64,000 nucleotides of DNA, taken from NCBI RefSeq assembly GCF_009914755.1, contig NC_060933.1; one strand, written 5' to 3'. The position numbers and the translations under genes were made by a program. Shown here one piece after another: positions 1 through 13,500 of the stretch. Source of the stretch: the human T2T-CHM13v2.0 reference genome, Homo sapiens. Each line of letters starts with the position of its first letter. Position 1 is the first letter of the stretch. The notes below the pieces were generated by a model. It saw only the letters and a list, made by a program, of their open reading frames with translations, was not told the origin of the DNA and searched no databases.

Positions 1-1439
1 AATGCAAAAAAAAAGAAATCAAGGTAGTGGGCAGGACAGAGGCCAGTAAATCGACACTGTCTTAGAAGTACTTGAAGACAGCTCTCACATATTCTCACTT
101 CTCCCCTTCTTAGGCAAAATGCCCTTGATTAATCCCACGGATTGTCAAATGCTTTCCAGATAACAATGATCATATTTTCTTTCTTTATAAATTGTTGGTT
201 TGGCCAATGTCCTTCTTAAAGTTTGGCATCTAGAAATTAACTCCCTACCAGTGTTTATGATCTCTTCAGCATGAAGTAGAAAAAAAGCCGTCATATATTT
301 TGTTTCCTACACTGTACTTTTAATAGCAGCTCACATTTATATTAGCCACATTTCACTGTTGATTCATTGAGCTTGCAGTCAGCTATGATCCACGTCATCC
401 ACATCCTATACTTGCCAACTCTTTGAAGAGACAACCCAAACAGGGGATAGAGACACTGGAGCCATGGAGTGGAAAGGACATGACTGGCATCAAGAAATCT
501 ACATTTTAATCTATACTCTGACCCTTATTAGATAAATGCTCTTGGGAAAGTCGATCTACTTCTCTCTGGGCTCCAGAAGGAGCTAGATTAGATGACTTCT
601 AAGCCTCTAATTCTAAAATTTATAAAATTAATAACTGATTTTTTAAAAAGCCTTCATTAATTTACCACTCATATATTTATAGAACTCAATTCTGTACCAG
701 GCACTGCTAGGCTTTCAAAATAGAGTGGTGAGCATGATAGCAGTAGTCCTAATCTGTGGAGCTTAAAGCCTCATGGTCACATTTTGAGGCTGAAAGGTAC
801 TTGGTTCAATGCAGGGAAGAATGGGTGAGGACTGAAGCCCCTGACAGTGCCCTGAACTCATTTCTTCCAAAGGATGTGTGAAAGGCAGTGACTTTGATGA
901 CTTGTAAAATGCAGAATGAGGAATAAAGTCATTACGCTTAGAATTACATAAAGAAGTAATCACTTTATGTCATTTCACAGCTACCAAAACATGTATAGAA
1001 TAACACAGTAAGCAAGAGAATAGTAAAGTATGATACTAAAATTTTTCCAGCCACCTAGTACTTACAGAAAGCCATAGGCACTTATATTGAGGAAGGAGAT
1101 GTGAAGAATGACACCATCCATTAAGATGGAAATATCATTACACGGCTTTAATGTTTTCTACCCTAAAGGCAAAAGTAGTGAGGCATACAGGGAAATTCTG
1201 GCAGCAGGTAATTTTGAGATTTATAGCATCAGACACAAAATCACAGGGGCCTGCTAAAAGACTGTTATTCTTCCTCGGTGTCAGCTGAAGATCAGCACCT
1301 ATCATGATCTTAAAATCCCATTTTTCAACACATATGGATAACCTAGAAAGAAAAGCACCCCTTTTTTGTGCTTCTGAAAGCAAACGTGGGTTATGAAGAT
1401 GAATTTTTCCTTTCCCACTTCAACATATGCTACCATGGT

Positions 1440-1760
1440 GTTCCATTGACCTATTGTTATGTAATAAACCAACCCAAACGTAGTGGTTTAAAACAGTATT
1501 ATCATTATGTCCCATAATTTATGGGTTGACCGAGTTCAACTGAATGATTCTTCTGCTCCTTGTGCATCCACTGGGGCTGCACTCTTTGGAGAGCTTAGCT
1601 GGAATAGAATGTTCAGGATGGTTCAGTCATATATCTGGTGGTTCCGTAGGCACAGCTAGAGGCTGGGTTCAGCTGGGACACTGGAACATCTGAGTCTGTG
1701 TGAACAGTTTTAGGACATTTCCTATTCCACCCAGCCTCTCCACTTGGCTGCTTCATGTGT
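1440..1760 (-). mobile_element. MLT1-family (ERVL-MaLR) LTR fragment, old; boundaries approximate
   Basis: 'ctattgttatgtaataaaccaacccaaacgtagtggtttaaaacag...' resembles the reverse complement of the MLT1 LTR 3' end. Confidence 0.55.
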
Positions 1761-2684
1761 ACACATATGTGCCTGTGCAGTGCTTTCCTGTCCATATGAA
1801 GATTATGCTCCCTTAACAGGAACAACATATTATTAATATAAACAAATGACAAAAGAGTAATACATAAATATATTCAGCAGTCTGATTCTCTTCCCCCGAG
1901 GAATACATGGACTGAATTTCAAAAATAACTTAGGACTTGAGAGACAAAAACAATTTTTTTGAAGAACTAGCTGCCATTTGTGTGAAGTACATCAAGAATG
2001 ACAGAAATGGGTGGGAAGAAAAGAGTGGACATTGAAGAATGCTTGCTATGCATTAAGTAGAAACCTTCCCCTTTCTTAGGCATTTTCTTGAGATACTGAG
2101 TAAATATTTGAAATTCTTTAAGTTACATATACAATTTAAATACTGATATACATTTCTCCTGATTTTGTGTATTTACATTTTTCAGAGACAAGGCCATGGA
2201 GTGTATGGTGAGGGTTGCTGGTGGGTGGTGATGGAGGTGGTGAGTCACAGATATAAGAATTACACTACTTATAATGCCAAAGCACTATCTGTAGAGTTGT
2301 GCCTTGAACATTTTGTTTTTGAAGGGGAAATAAATCTGTTTGGGTCCAAATTATTTTCTTCTATTTTGTTTCCTTTGACATACTCACACATACTGATGAG
2401 ACTTCTAGCCAGTAATAAGAGAAACTTTAAGGTTTGTGAAACAATGTGAGTTAGATTGCCCAGGAAATGATTTAATTTACTACTCCGACTTTGTATGAAA
2501 TTAAATTCATTGCACTAACTGGATATAGTGAGGATCTGAAACACATCTGCCTTTTAGTGCTAGGATGAAGAGGAATGCTAGAATGGTAGTGAACTTGGAG
2601 CCAGTCTGGGTGATGATGATGGAGATAAAGTCAGAGCTGTCTGTCACCCACTAGTTCTGATCATTACTTCAAAACACTGTGGAG

Positions 2685-2898
2685 CAAGCTTGTCCAACCT
2701 GCGACCCATGGGCCTCATGTGGTCCCGGACAGCTTTGAATGTGGCCCAACACAAATTTGTAAACTTTCTTAGAACTATGAGATATTATGTCATTTTTTTA
2801 TATCATCAGTTATCATTAGTGTTAGTGTATTTTATGTATGCCTCAAGACAATTCTTCTTCCATGTGGCCTAGAGAAGCCAAAAGATTGGACTCCCCTT
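2685..2898 (+). mobile_element. MER30 non-autonomous hAT-Charlie DNA transposon
   Basis: Starts caagcttgtccaacc, ends gccaaaagattggactcccctt. 8-bp TSD with one mismatch: ctgtggag (2677-2684) and ctgtagag (2899-2906). Confidence 0.85.
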
Positions 2899-3069
2899 CT
2901 GTAGAGCATTAACTGAGATGTCAGTGCAGAGAGAGAAGAGAGGAGCCCTAACAGAGTTACCATCGTTTCCTTGGCATCGTGGAGACTGGGTGGCCTGTTT
3001 TGATACAGATAGGGATGGCAAATTGCAAACATTAGGTCTAGTCCAATAGTACTTGGGTCAAAAGAAGAG

Positions 3070-3500
3070 ATGCTATGAGTTTAGGTCCTCCTAGAATTTT
3101 GTCCTGCCAAGATAAGATTAGGAATACAAGAGATTTACTGGGAAAAAAGGTGAGGGGTCAGAGGATGCTGGAAGAGCTATCAGATTGCAGTGCATCAGAC
3201 GGAATGCATGCCTATCTTTTGTGGAGAGAGGGAAGACAGAGGGTTGGAGAGGAAGAGTCTCAGACTGCAGCCTAGTGCTAGGAAAGTTTCTGCCAGACTG
3301 GGGAGTCTTTGAGCAGAATCGATCCTCAGAGAGCTCTGCCTTTCTCAAGAATGAACCTGCTGTAGTATCTCTGCTATGCTCAGTCATTGGAACAGCCCTC
3401 GGAAATCATGGCCTCAGTGCAAACAACGAGGTGGGTTCAGAATACAACATCTAGGGCCATCTTTTGGTTAAGATAACAGACTCCTCTGTGGCAGGAGATC
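3070..3500. mobile_element. Probable old ERVL LTR (LTR16-like) fragment
   Basis: Purine-rich degenerate motifs such as 'gaggaagagtctcagactgcagcctagtgctaggaaagtttc' resemble LTR16-type LTRs; recalled similarity only. Confidence 0.4.
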
Positions 3501-3861
3501 TGGATGGTTCATCTTTATGGCCATGAAAGGAGCCAATGTAAACTAAGCAGGGGTGAAGAAAGAAGTTCCTTTGCCAATTTATCTTCAACTTGATTTAAAG
3601 TATGGGTGGTATCCTGACTTCCAACTCCTAAGCAACTCACTTTAGATAAGCCTAGATAATGATGTTGACCAATATAAACATTTGCCAAGTGTACAATCCA
3701 AAAAGGTTGATTTCTACCCCTGCATGTGTATGTAGACATTTTTATGTTCTTCTTCCTATTTTTCACCCTAACATTCTCCTCCAGTTAACTGTTCAACTCT
3801 CTGTTTTAATTCTTGGCATCGAATGAGTATTTTACATGTAAGATTTAAAGCACAGACATAA

Positions 3862-3896
<35 letters not shown>
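3862..3896. repeat. (CA)n microsatellite
   Basis: Run of acacatacacacac... read directly. Confidence 0.95.
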
Positions 3897-3898
<2 letters not shown>

Positions 3899-6800
3899 CT
3901 TTGAAGACCAAGTCTATTTTGCCTTGTCATTAGAAGATGTGATAAAAATGTGCCCATCCACCTAGGATTGGAGTACAGAAGAGTCTAACTCTTATGTTTC
4001 ATGTGTTCTTTCATTGTCTAAGTGTAGGTATGAATCATAGCTGTTATCAGCAATGCTTTCTGAAGCAGAGTGTATTTAGAACTCTTTGGAAACAGAATCC
4101 TGTTCCCTTCGTGAAAGGAATGGGGTATAATATGTTTTTAAATGTTTGGGGACAATAAGGAAGAAGATAATTGGCTTTATGTTTTGGGAAAGGTGCTGCC
4201 TTTCTTATTTGGCTGTTTTATCATCTTATATATGTCAAGGAAGATGTCTCAAAACCCATGTTCTCTCTACCCTACATCTAGGAAGGTGATGTCCTCCTCA
4301 TCTAAAAAGTCAGCTTGGTGAAGATGGTTGCTGAATGTCTTCTCAGCATTTTCATTTCAGTGTCTGTGTTCATAACAAGTTAGAGAAATGCCATAGCTTG
4401 TTTATAGATCAATCCCACATTATACACAGTGCATGCCCGCTGATAAAATTCCTTTTGCTAGTTTTTCTTTATACACTGCTCTGTGAGAATAAGCTTCTTT
4501 ACAGAATTGTTTGTGGGATTTACGTTTGATAGTTTTATTAATAGTTTTTAAATTTTGTTTTCTTTTTAGAATCCTGTCTTGTCAAGGTGTAGATATCTAT
4601 CTACTTTAATGATAAAGTAGGTATGCCTTTAAACATAAGTTTGTTCCCCCCATAAAGGCTATTTTGCTAGGGTAATGGAGTTTCTTTTCATTGACATTCT
4701 GGGACAGATCTTTAAATTCAGCTACATCTGGTCACCTTGCCTCAAACCATATTATAGCTGTTTCCCTAAATCAGACCCGAACTAAGCAGGAACATCTGTA
4801 CCAAGAATTATGAGGCCCAGCTGAACATTCTGGACCAGCATGTTCTATCTCACTTCTTTCAGCTCTAACCTCTTAGCAATTATCTTTACAATCCTTAGAA
4901 ATGGTAATTAAAGTTGGTAGAAGAACAAACAGAATACTGAAATGTTTTTAAGCTCCAAACACCAGGTATATAAATGTCAATGGGTTAAATATGGTTATAA
5001 GAATGCTTTTATTAGCCACCCCCACGATCTTCTTGGGGATCATATTTAGCCTTTCCTTCAGGGAGTATAACACTGCTAATCAGCTTGCAGAGTTGGCAGC
5101 CATTAGCTGTGAACACCTGAAGCTACTTCAAGCATCTTTTTCTTCCCCCAGACAAGCCTGATAGAGCAGTATGTATGCATAGGTATATTGTCACTACAGA
5201 GTGTCTGTCTAAAAACGTTTAGTCACCCACCAACACAGCAACCAAAAATACTCACAGAGGTAAACAGAAGGTTTTCTAAGTGGACCCTTTCAACATTGAA
5301 AGCAGTTTATTCAGTGACAATGTCCTCCTGCTCTCTGTATAAATGGCCAGTTCATTGCAGAGCTGGCCAGAGGTTTGGGTGTGTTTGAGTGCATGCAGAA
5401 AGGGGTTGTTGATACTCATGTTTGATAAGCTGATTGAGCCTCTTCTGATTGGCAAATATGAGTTTAGAGATATTATAAATATCATTATTTTGGTACATAT
5501 TCTTATAAACCTCCAGAGTATTCTCCTCCTACGTTGTAATGAGGAAATTTCTTTAGTAGATGTATATGCTCATGATTTTTTTCTAATCCTTTACAGTTGA
5601 ATTACTGTTCAATTATTTCCCTATCTTGCTACAGTTGAATATTCCAACCAGGAATGAAGATTTTTTGGATTAACGGAAAGAGGCCCATTGAGGGTGGATC
5701 TGAATCCCATCCCCACCTTGACATTTAAGCTCATTAGAATAGTCCTACCAGGAGCAAGCTGTCAAAGTATTAATTCCCTTTCAAAAACAGGGACCCTTGT
5801 TTATCACAAGTGAAATTTACTGAAATCTGGTAAACTCAATTTATTACCAAATGGCAGACCATTCAACATCTTTAATAAAGTTGAATATATCTATTTTCAT
5901 TTTTATTTAGAATCTATTTATAAAATTTAGGTACAATTTCATTTGGGAGTATGCCCATTTCTGACTTAGGATATCAATATTTTAGTCCTTTGTGTGCATG
6001 TCCTTCCAACCAGAAGTTAATTATACTTTCACACTGGGACCAGATTTTCCTTCCTTCTGTTGATCTCTGTGACACTTTAGTTTTCATGATTAGGTAGTAA
6101 TGATATGGGTGGCAGGACTAGATTTGGGCTCTTCAGATCATGTGAGTTATCATTTCCTCCTAATACTTAGCAGTGGTCCTCAAAACTGGAGCTAGATTGT
6201 TTTGGCTCCAATAAATGTTTCTATTCAGCTATTTATCCATTAAACATTTGCATGTTCTACTTGTGCCAAGCAAGAACTCAAAACCTTGACATCAAGCATT
6301 TCAGTATCCACTGATATTTAAATATAGGTGTACATTCAAATAATACAGTGGCCAGTTACTTATATTGTTTGCATTATTATTCTGATCTACTGAGAATGTA
6401 TAGCTTTACTATCTTAATTCTCAGTAAACTATGAATCAAAATACAGGCATAACATATTTTACAGAGTCCTTTTGGTAGGAAAAAAATTTTTAACCGTGTG
6501 GTTTTCAGCACTACTCTTCCTAAGTAATGTTGAAACCTAAGTCCTACCCATGAGACATGAGCTTGGCTATGATTCAGTTTTCACAGAAAAACTAAATGAA
6601 GAAAGAAGAACAATAAACTGATCATTTCAGGGCATGTTTGTATGTTTAAACTTCAGTTATTTCCACAGCTCTTCCTCCTAGCCTAGAAATATATGGCTGC
6701 CTCTCCCAGAGTTGTAAGAACTTTATAGCTACGTGGAATTTCTATTCATAATCAGCTCCCATCATAAACATTACAATTTTTATAGCAATTATGGCTCTTC

Positions 6801-7886
6801 TTTAATGATGGCAGAGGTTCCAAAAGACAAACCGGTTGCTCTGTATTTTAACTTTCCAAATTTCAGTCACAGCTCATAGAGTAAACTTGTTAGAAGTAGG
6901 AAAATTGGAGGGGAAATTTTTATCTTTTACACCAAACAAGTTAATTGTGAGCTGATGAGTCAGAATACTAATCAGTATTCTCTAGAGCCACTGAAAGTCA
7001 GGTCAGTCAAGAGAATGGTTGGTGCCAGGTTATGAACGAAGTGAGTGTGAAATAGAGTATAAAATGTATATTGCAGACATAGTTTGAGTTTCTGACTGCA
7101 TCCCAAAGCCAAATGCAAAAGATTCTTGTTATTCAGTGACTTTTGTTTTTATTTTTAAACTACCTTTACCTCATTTTCCCTTTAATGAAGTAGAGAATAG
7201 AAAGTTATTTGATGACTCCCTAATTTCCTATATTTACCTATGTCCCTCTGAAACATCTCTAGATGATTGATCAATCAGTCCCATTCAAGAGAATTTGTTC
7301 TACAACAACAGATTTCTTCCATGACTTCCTGGATCTAATACAATTCTATTCTGGAAGCTGGTGTTTCTGTATTCCCGGGTTGGTTCTCTAAGGAATGCTT
7401 TGGTGTGCCATGAATCAGAAAGAGGGGTCACTGTTTGAAGCGGGAAATCAGATTGCAAGAAGGAGAAGCAATCTTCATCACAGGACACAAATTCTAGGCA
7501 GTCTTCATATGTCCTGGAGAACTATCCTTAGGAGTCTGGGAATCCCATGGGACAAGAAGGTGTTCCTTACCCTATTCCTGCGAGTGAATAATGGGGGTTG
7601 AATCCGGAAGAGATTTAAGTTTTTAAGAGATACTCTCTGGCCCCTAATCCTAACATAGCCATTAGCCATACATACAATTTCTCCACTTCTCATGCTTCTG
7701 TTTTCTCTCTGCAAAACTAACACCACTGAACCATAAGATGCAAAGGGATGCCAACTTTAATGCATTTTTATTGTACGCTAAGTACCTTAAAACTGCAAGG
7801 TGTTTTTTTACATATCAAATGTAAAGTAACCATGTTTTCCAGTCCCCAAATTGGGAATCCTGGTCTGAGCATGGGAAATACAATTT

Positions 7887-8220
7887 TCTTTATTTCTTTT
7901 TTTAATTAATTAATTAATTAATTAATTTTTTTGAGAAAGGTCTATTTCTGTTGCCCAGGCCAGAGTGTAGTGGCACAGTCATGGCTCACTCTAGCCTCTG
8001 TCTGCCAGGCTCAAGCAATCCTCCCACCTCATCCTCCTGAGTAGCTGGGACTACCTGCACATACCACCATACCTGGCTAAATTTTTTTTTTTTTTTTTTT
8101 TTTAAGAGACAAGGTCTCACTATTTGCCCAGGCTGGTCTGGAATTCCTAAGCTCAAGCATTCCTCGTGCCTCAGCCTCTCAAAGTGCTGGGATTATAGGC
8201 ATAAGCCACCATGCCTGGCC
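7887..8220 (-). mobile_element. AluJ (Jo-like), with a (TTAA)n microsatellite in its A-tail
   Basis: Dimeric Alu in reverse ending ...atgcctggcc at 8220. J-type words 'gctcaagc' and 'aggtctcactat'. Tail contains ttaattaattaatt. Confidence 0.9.
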
Positions 8221-9202
8221 AGGATTAAATAGAATTTTAAGTTTAGTTCAGAATTTTTGCCTTGATATTACATAAAAGTATTGGATAAATTGAACATCTT
8301 GATATGTATTATGAGACTTATAAAATGTGAGCGTTTCTTGGGAAATACAAGCAGGCAGACATTCTTTCTTAAACAAATACACAGCTATAATTAAAAATTA
8401 AAGTATAAATAGACAAAATGTTGGCTGTTTATTCTTCATTGTTAGCATTAGTGAGTGTTCAGCCTTTATATTTGATGTCTTACTACCTCTTTTGGAGGAT
8501 ATTTGAGTCATTTTTGTCTATTTAATTGGTTTAGCAAAAGAAACTTCTTTTTGTAGGCACAGAAGTTTTCACAAAGAAAATGCAACTAAGTTCATTAGGC
8601 TTCTTTTCAAATTTTAGCTTTTAAGAATTGGCATCGAATAACTAAAGGTGATCACCATTTTGGATAATAGAATTCAAAATAGCCTTGGATTTTTGAAGAA
8701 ATGTTTCATAAAATATGGGATTCAACAGGGATCAACATACATTAGTCCTTTCAAAAAACACCAAAATTAGAACATGTCAATTCTGGATTACTGTAAACCC
8801 AGTTCTTGATCTTTCTCAAAAAGAGAATTGCATAAGCACAGCCATTCCTTACCTAGAGCTTGAAGAGCTGTGAGTGGCCCTGAATAACAAGTCCATGAAT
8901 TTTGAATGCACCCAGCAAGAAGTGGGGAAGGCTTCTGAGCAGGGGAATTACACATGGTCAAGACAGGCTTTGGAGTATATTTAACTGTGGACTGAAGGAA
9001 TTATTGTCCTTGATAGGGGAAGAACTAACAGAAAATTAATTTTAAACGTAGCAGGAGTAATTTAGGTTAGCCAGAAGGCTACATTTCCATGAATCAGTTT
9101 TTGCAAGTTATACCTCTTCTTGTTTAGTATTTGTTAGTTCTTATGAAACTCAGTGTAGAAGAAGAAACAAGATAACCTCATTGTGCCCTGCCTTTCAGTG
9201 AC

Positions 9203-9724
9203 TGTATTAGTTTTCTATTGCTGCCATAACAAATTACCACAAATTTAAAGGCTTAAAATAGCACAAAAGTATTATCTTACAATTTCTGTAGGTCAGAAGT
9301 CTGGCAAGTTATGGTTGGATTCTCTGGTCCGTGTATTACTGGGTTAAAATCAAGATATTGGCTGAAGATAACAGTTCTCATCTAGGACTGGGGTCCTCTT
9401 TCAAGCTTCCTTCTCATGCTTCCTACATGCCCCTGCCCCTCCCATCTTCAAGCCAGCAGTGGCAAATCAAGTCCTTGTTACACTTTAAATCTCTTTGATT
9501 TCCCCCTCTGTCACATCGCTGACTTCCTCTTCTCCCTCAGCCTGGAGAAAGCTTTGTTTTTACATACTCATGTGATTACATTGGGCCTACCTGGATAATC
9601 CAGGTTACTAACCCTAATTAGTAGTCTTAATTACATCTGCAAAGTCCTTTTGGCCAGGTAAAGCAAGTGTGTGTGACAGCAGAGTGTATAGGTGCTGGGG
9701 GCCAAGATTCTTTTTACTACCATC
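9203..9724 (-). mobile_element. MLT1 (MLT1C/E-like) solo LTR
   Basis: Begins tgtattagttttctattgctgccataacaaattaccac; contains 'ttgggcctacctggataatccagg' and 'taattacatctgcaaagtcc'. Confidence 0.75.
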
Positions 9725-10089
9725 AGTCATATTGACTATTCTGTATAACAACAGAATTTTAAGTTTAATTAAGACCTTTTTGTCTTGGTATCATATGAAA
9801 GTATTTGATGGATTGAGCATCTTGATGAGATGCCATTATATATGTTATAGAAGAGTATACCCCTTTCCAAAAGACATACGGTTTAAAATGACTAATTTAT
9901 TATGCATTATTTTCAAGAAGGTATAAATTAATATAAACATCCACATATTCATTACTGATATTAGCAATACCATAAAAAGGTATAAAATGCAAAATGTATG
10001 AGAGTTAAAAAGACAATGTGATATACCGTGTTCATTATAAATATTATAAATATGATTAAAGAATTTCATGTGCTAGAACCTTAGATTTT

Positions 10090-10265
10090 TACTTGTTCCT
10101 TGAGCAGAATGTGCTTTTGATAATAATAATGGCTGTTATTTACTGAAAGCTTACTATATGAAAGGCATCACACTAAGCATTTTACATGTTATTTCCTATT
10201 TTCTCAACAATGCAACATTGTTATCATTCCTGTTGTACAGTGAGTAAACTGAGGCATAGAGAGGC
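10090..10265 (-). mobile_element. MIR SINE fragment
   Basis: 'tatttactgaaagcttactatatg...ctaagcattttacatg...gagtaaactgaggcatagagagg' matches the MIR core. Confidence 0.7.
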
Positions 10266-10379
10266 AGGAGGAGGCCTGGGTGAACTGATTATACCTTGAA
10301 TGTATAGGAGTTACTTAACAATTTGCCTCTCACCAGAGGTAGCTTGAGTAGCTCAGTAGCCAAATGATAAAATGAAAAG

Positions 10380-10560
10380 ATGAGAGTTTTAGAGTTAGAT
10401 CTGTATTTGAATGCTGATTTCAACACTTACTGACTTGACAAATTCCTGAAACCCTTTGTGCCTTTAGTTCCTAATTTGTAAAATGTGGCTGATAACAGAC
10501 ACCTCTTGGGGTTGTCACAAGATAACCTGTGTAAAGAACCTGGAATGTGATAAGCTCTAG
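10380..10560 (+). mobile_element. MIR SINE fragment
   Basis: 'ttttagagttagatctgtatttgaat...gacaaattcctgaaaccctttgtgcctttagttcctaatttgtaaaatg'. Confidence 0.6.
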
Positions 10561-13500
10561 ATGAAAGTTCTCCAATACCTCCTTCCGGAGCAGCTAAAGT
10601 ACATCTGGTTCTAAAGCACTTGAATAGCCCAGGAAGTCAGTTCTGGGCTCAGGCCAGGCTTTTCTTATGTGGTAAATATTTAACTGGACATGGGGACCCA
10701 TCTAGGTGCTGGGATCTATTGGACTAAGGATTGATCCCTGTGGGTCCAAGACACATATGAGTTCAGATCCATGGATAGCCCAATGGGATGAGTCTAGGAG
10801 CCTGACCATATTGGACCTGGCCACAGAGATAACCTGTAATCACTGGATTTTGAGATTGTACACCCGTCAGTTAAGAGGCACCAATTTAGCAGGGGATGTT
10901 CCTGGTATCCATTGGAGGAGCCACATGCCAGAATGTTCTAGTGGTTCTCGCATTAATATGTATTTGCGTGCATTGTTTTTGATTGCTCTAATCAGCCTTG
11001 AAATGAATCCAAGAGCTTTCTGCAACTAATTGCACAGTGCCCAATCCCTCCAGGCTCTGTCTGAAGGCTTAATTCAGCTACCTTATCTCTCTAGGTATGC
11101 GGAGACCAAAGCCAAGGGGCTGTTTTCCTGCGGGAATTTACACTGATTCGAAGAGAGAGCCTCCATGAAGATTTCCTGTCTGACCTCTTGAATAGTCACA
11201 AAACTGAAGACTCGGTACAGTGTCGCTTCTTCTACTTATTCACAGAAAACACTGAGGTTCAATGGCTGATTCTGACTTGTGGTGGTGGTTTTTAGCAAAT
11301 CTGAAGAGGTTTGGATGGTATTTTCTCACATCTGTGAGAGGAGGGGGAGGCAAAGTGTAGGGCAGTGGACAGACTGTATAGGGCAACTTTCTGACTTTTC
11401 CTGGGTCTGGCAAGATTTAAACATTTTACTCAAGCGTTAAAGTTTGTTTGGGGCAGCATGTGGAGGATTCACATTAAGACACTGATGTTTTGCCAGCGAG
11501 TCTGAACATGAAATGGTAATAATTTAAATAAGTGAAGGAATAAGGAGATTTATATGTAAAGCCCAGATTGTTTTATGGGTCAGTGGAAATTCCACTGTCT
11601 TCCAATCCTGGCTTCTTTGTAGATATTCTTACTTCAAAGTGCTAGTGATATTTGTTTTATGAAAGTTTGTTTCTCTGGTGGTGGTTTTAGGGGAAAACAC
11701 TCTAGAAAATGAGCTCTCAAATGAAAACAATAGTACAGTTGACTGGAGATGTCAAGATTACAGGCCTTTCTCTGCTTGCGAATCAAACTGTGATTTGTAA
11801 TTTGGACTTCTTTGTGAGAATTGGACAGACAACTTGTGAAAGTTCTAAATGTGGTTCTGTATAGTGATGACCTTAGGCTCAGAAGTATTCATATTAGAAT
11901 TAGAGGATGCCGTATATACAAGCTAGTGGGTTTCTTATCCAACATAAAAGGGTAGGATCGCAGAAAATAACATCTTAGAATACCCCCAAAACAAACATAC
12001 AAGTGACTTTATTTCTACCTTCTGTACCCTAACTCTTGACTGCCCTCTCTCAAGAGTGTATCTTTTGCATATTGTGTCACATGTGTTTCTTTCAGACAGA
12101 GTAAATTGGCTCTCTTCATTGCCATTCACAAGGCACTTCTTATTGTTTTTGTCATTTACATTTTTTTCATGGTGAGCATTCACATCTTTCTCAAAGCATA
12201 TGGCCCAGTGTGAGCAAGAATGGTGGTGGAGGTTCCCAATGGTGCTATAATACATTTTCATATGGTTCATATATTGGTTTTTTTTTCTCAGTAAGCCTGA
12301 ATATGCAGAGCCTACCTTTTAAATTTTCTATGTTTGTTTACAGCTTTCTTTGTGATCTACTGTGGACCTACACATTGTCACCTAAGTTTTATTTTTCCTT
12401 CTTATGAAAAATATCTTGCAATTATATCTTAATTTTGTCCCATTTGCTGTTATGCGAAATCTGAAATATTTTAGCTCATATCGAGTTTGGTTTATGCAAA
12501 GTCCTGGCAAGTGCTGCTATATAGATACTACATGAAAACTTCATAAACAAGTCTAATTATTATATCATTTATGCCATAAAGGAAATTGAATAATATGAAC
12601 TAATTAGGGACATAATGGAATTGTCACAGTAGTTCCACTGAAACCAATTTTTGTCACTTGGTAAGCATCAAAGGGTGTCATAAACATTATTATTACTACC
12701 TAATATTACATTGATTTCCATTAAAATGAAAACTGTCCATGCTGTTGAATTTCCTCAAAGGTAATTTATAATTACCTTTTAATAGTTATAATTAGCTTAC
12801 TCATAGTAATTAAGTGGGTGGAGGCATTTTACCTGTTTTACCTAAAAGAGAAATTACCTACCAACACAAGTAGTCACTCCACAAAGCTGGAATTTTACAA
12901 GAAAAAGAGGGGAAAACAAGAAAAGTTCAAAGTTTCTCAACTACCAGAAGCTACTTCAGTCTCCCAATAAGTGTGTGAAATTCTAACAATTTCTGTGGAA
13001 GGTGTGTCTCCATACGTGAGAGCTTCATTTGGCCCACAGATAGAAAACTTTGAAAGTGTAACTTTATTTCCTAAATCAACATTAGAAGATGAATCGCCGT
13101 AATCTCCGTTTGTCAAGGGGAAGAGTTCAAACATGAGTTGCTACTCGTATTAGTAACCAGAAAGGTGGAATTCCCTTTCTTGCCCCTTATTTATGAGTTT
13201 CTGTCTTATTGGGAGGAGGCTCTTCAGCAGAATGGGAGAATCAACAAGAAACCTTCCTGGTATAGGTCACAAGAATCACTTGACAAAAGCAAGTCAGTGA
13301 GAGATGAAAAAGGTTGAGCAGCATACTCTGTTTGTACAAACCTATTCGATTTTAAGTATGTCTTCCCTAGTATCCCAAAGACATTTATGCACACGTTTCA
13401 CCTCCCCTACCAGATTAGCAGCTCTGCTCCTTGAAGACAGGACCTCTGTTGATTCTCAGGTCCCTAGGATTTAGCCCAGCACTTGCTTCTGATAAATGCT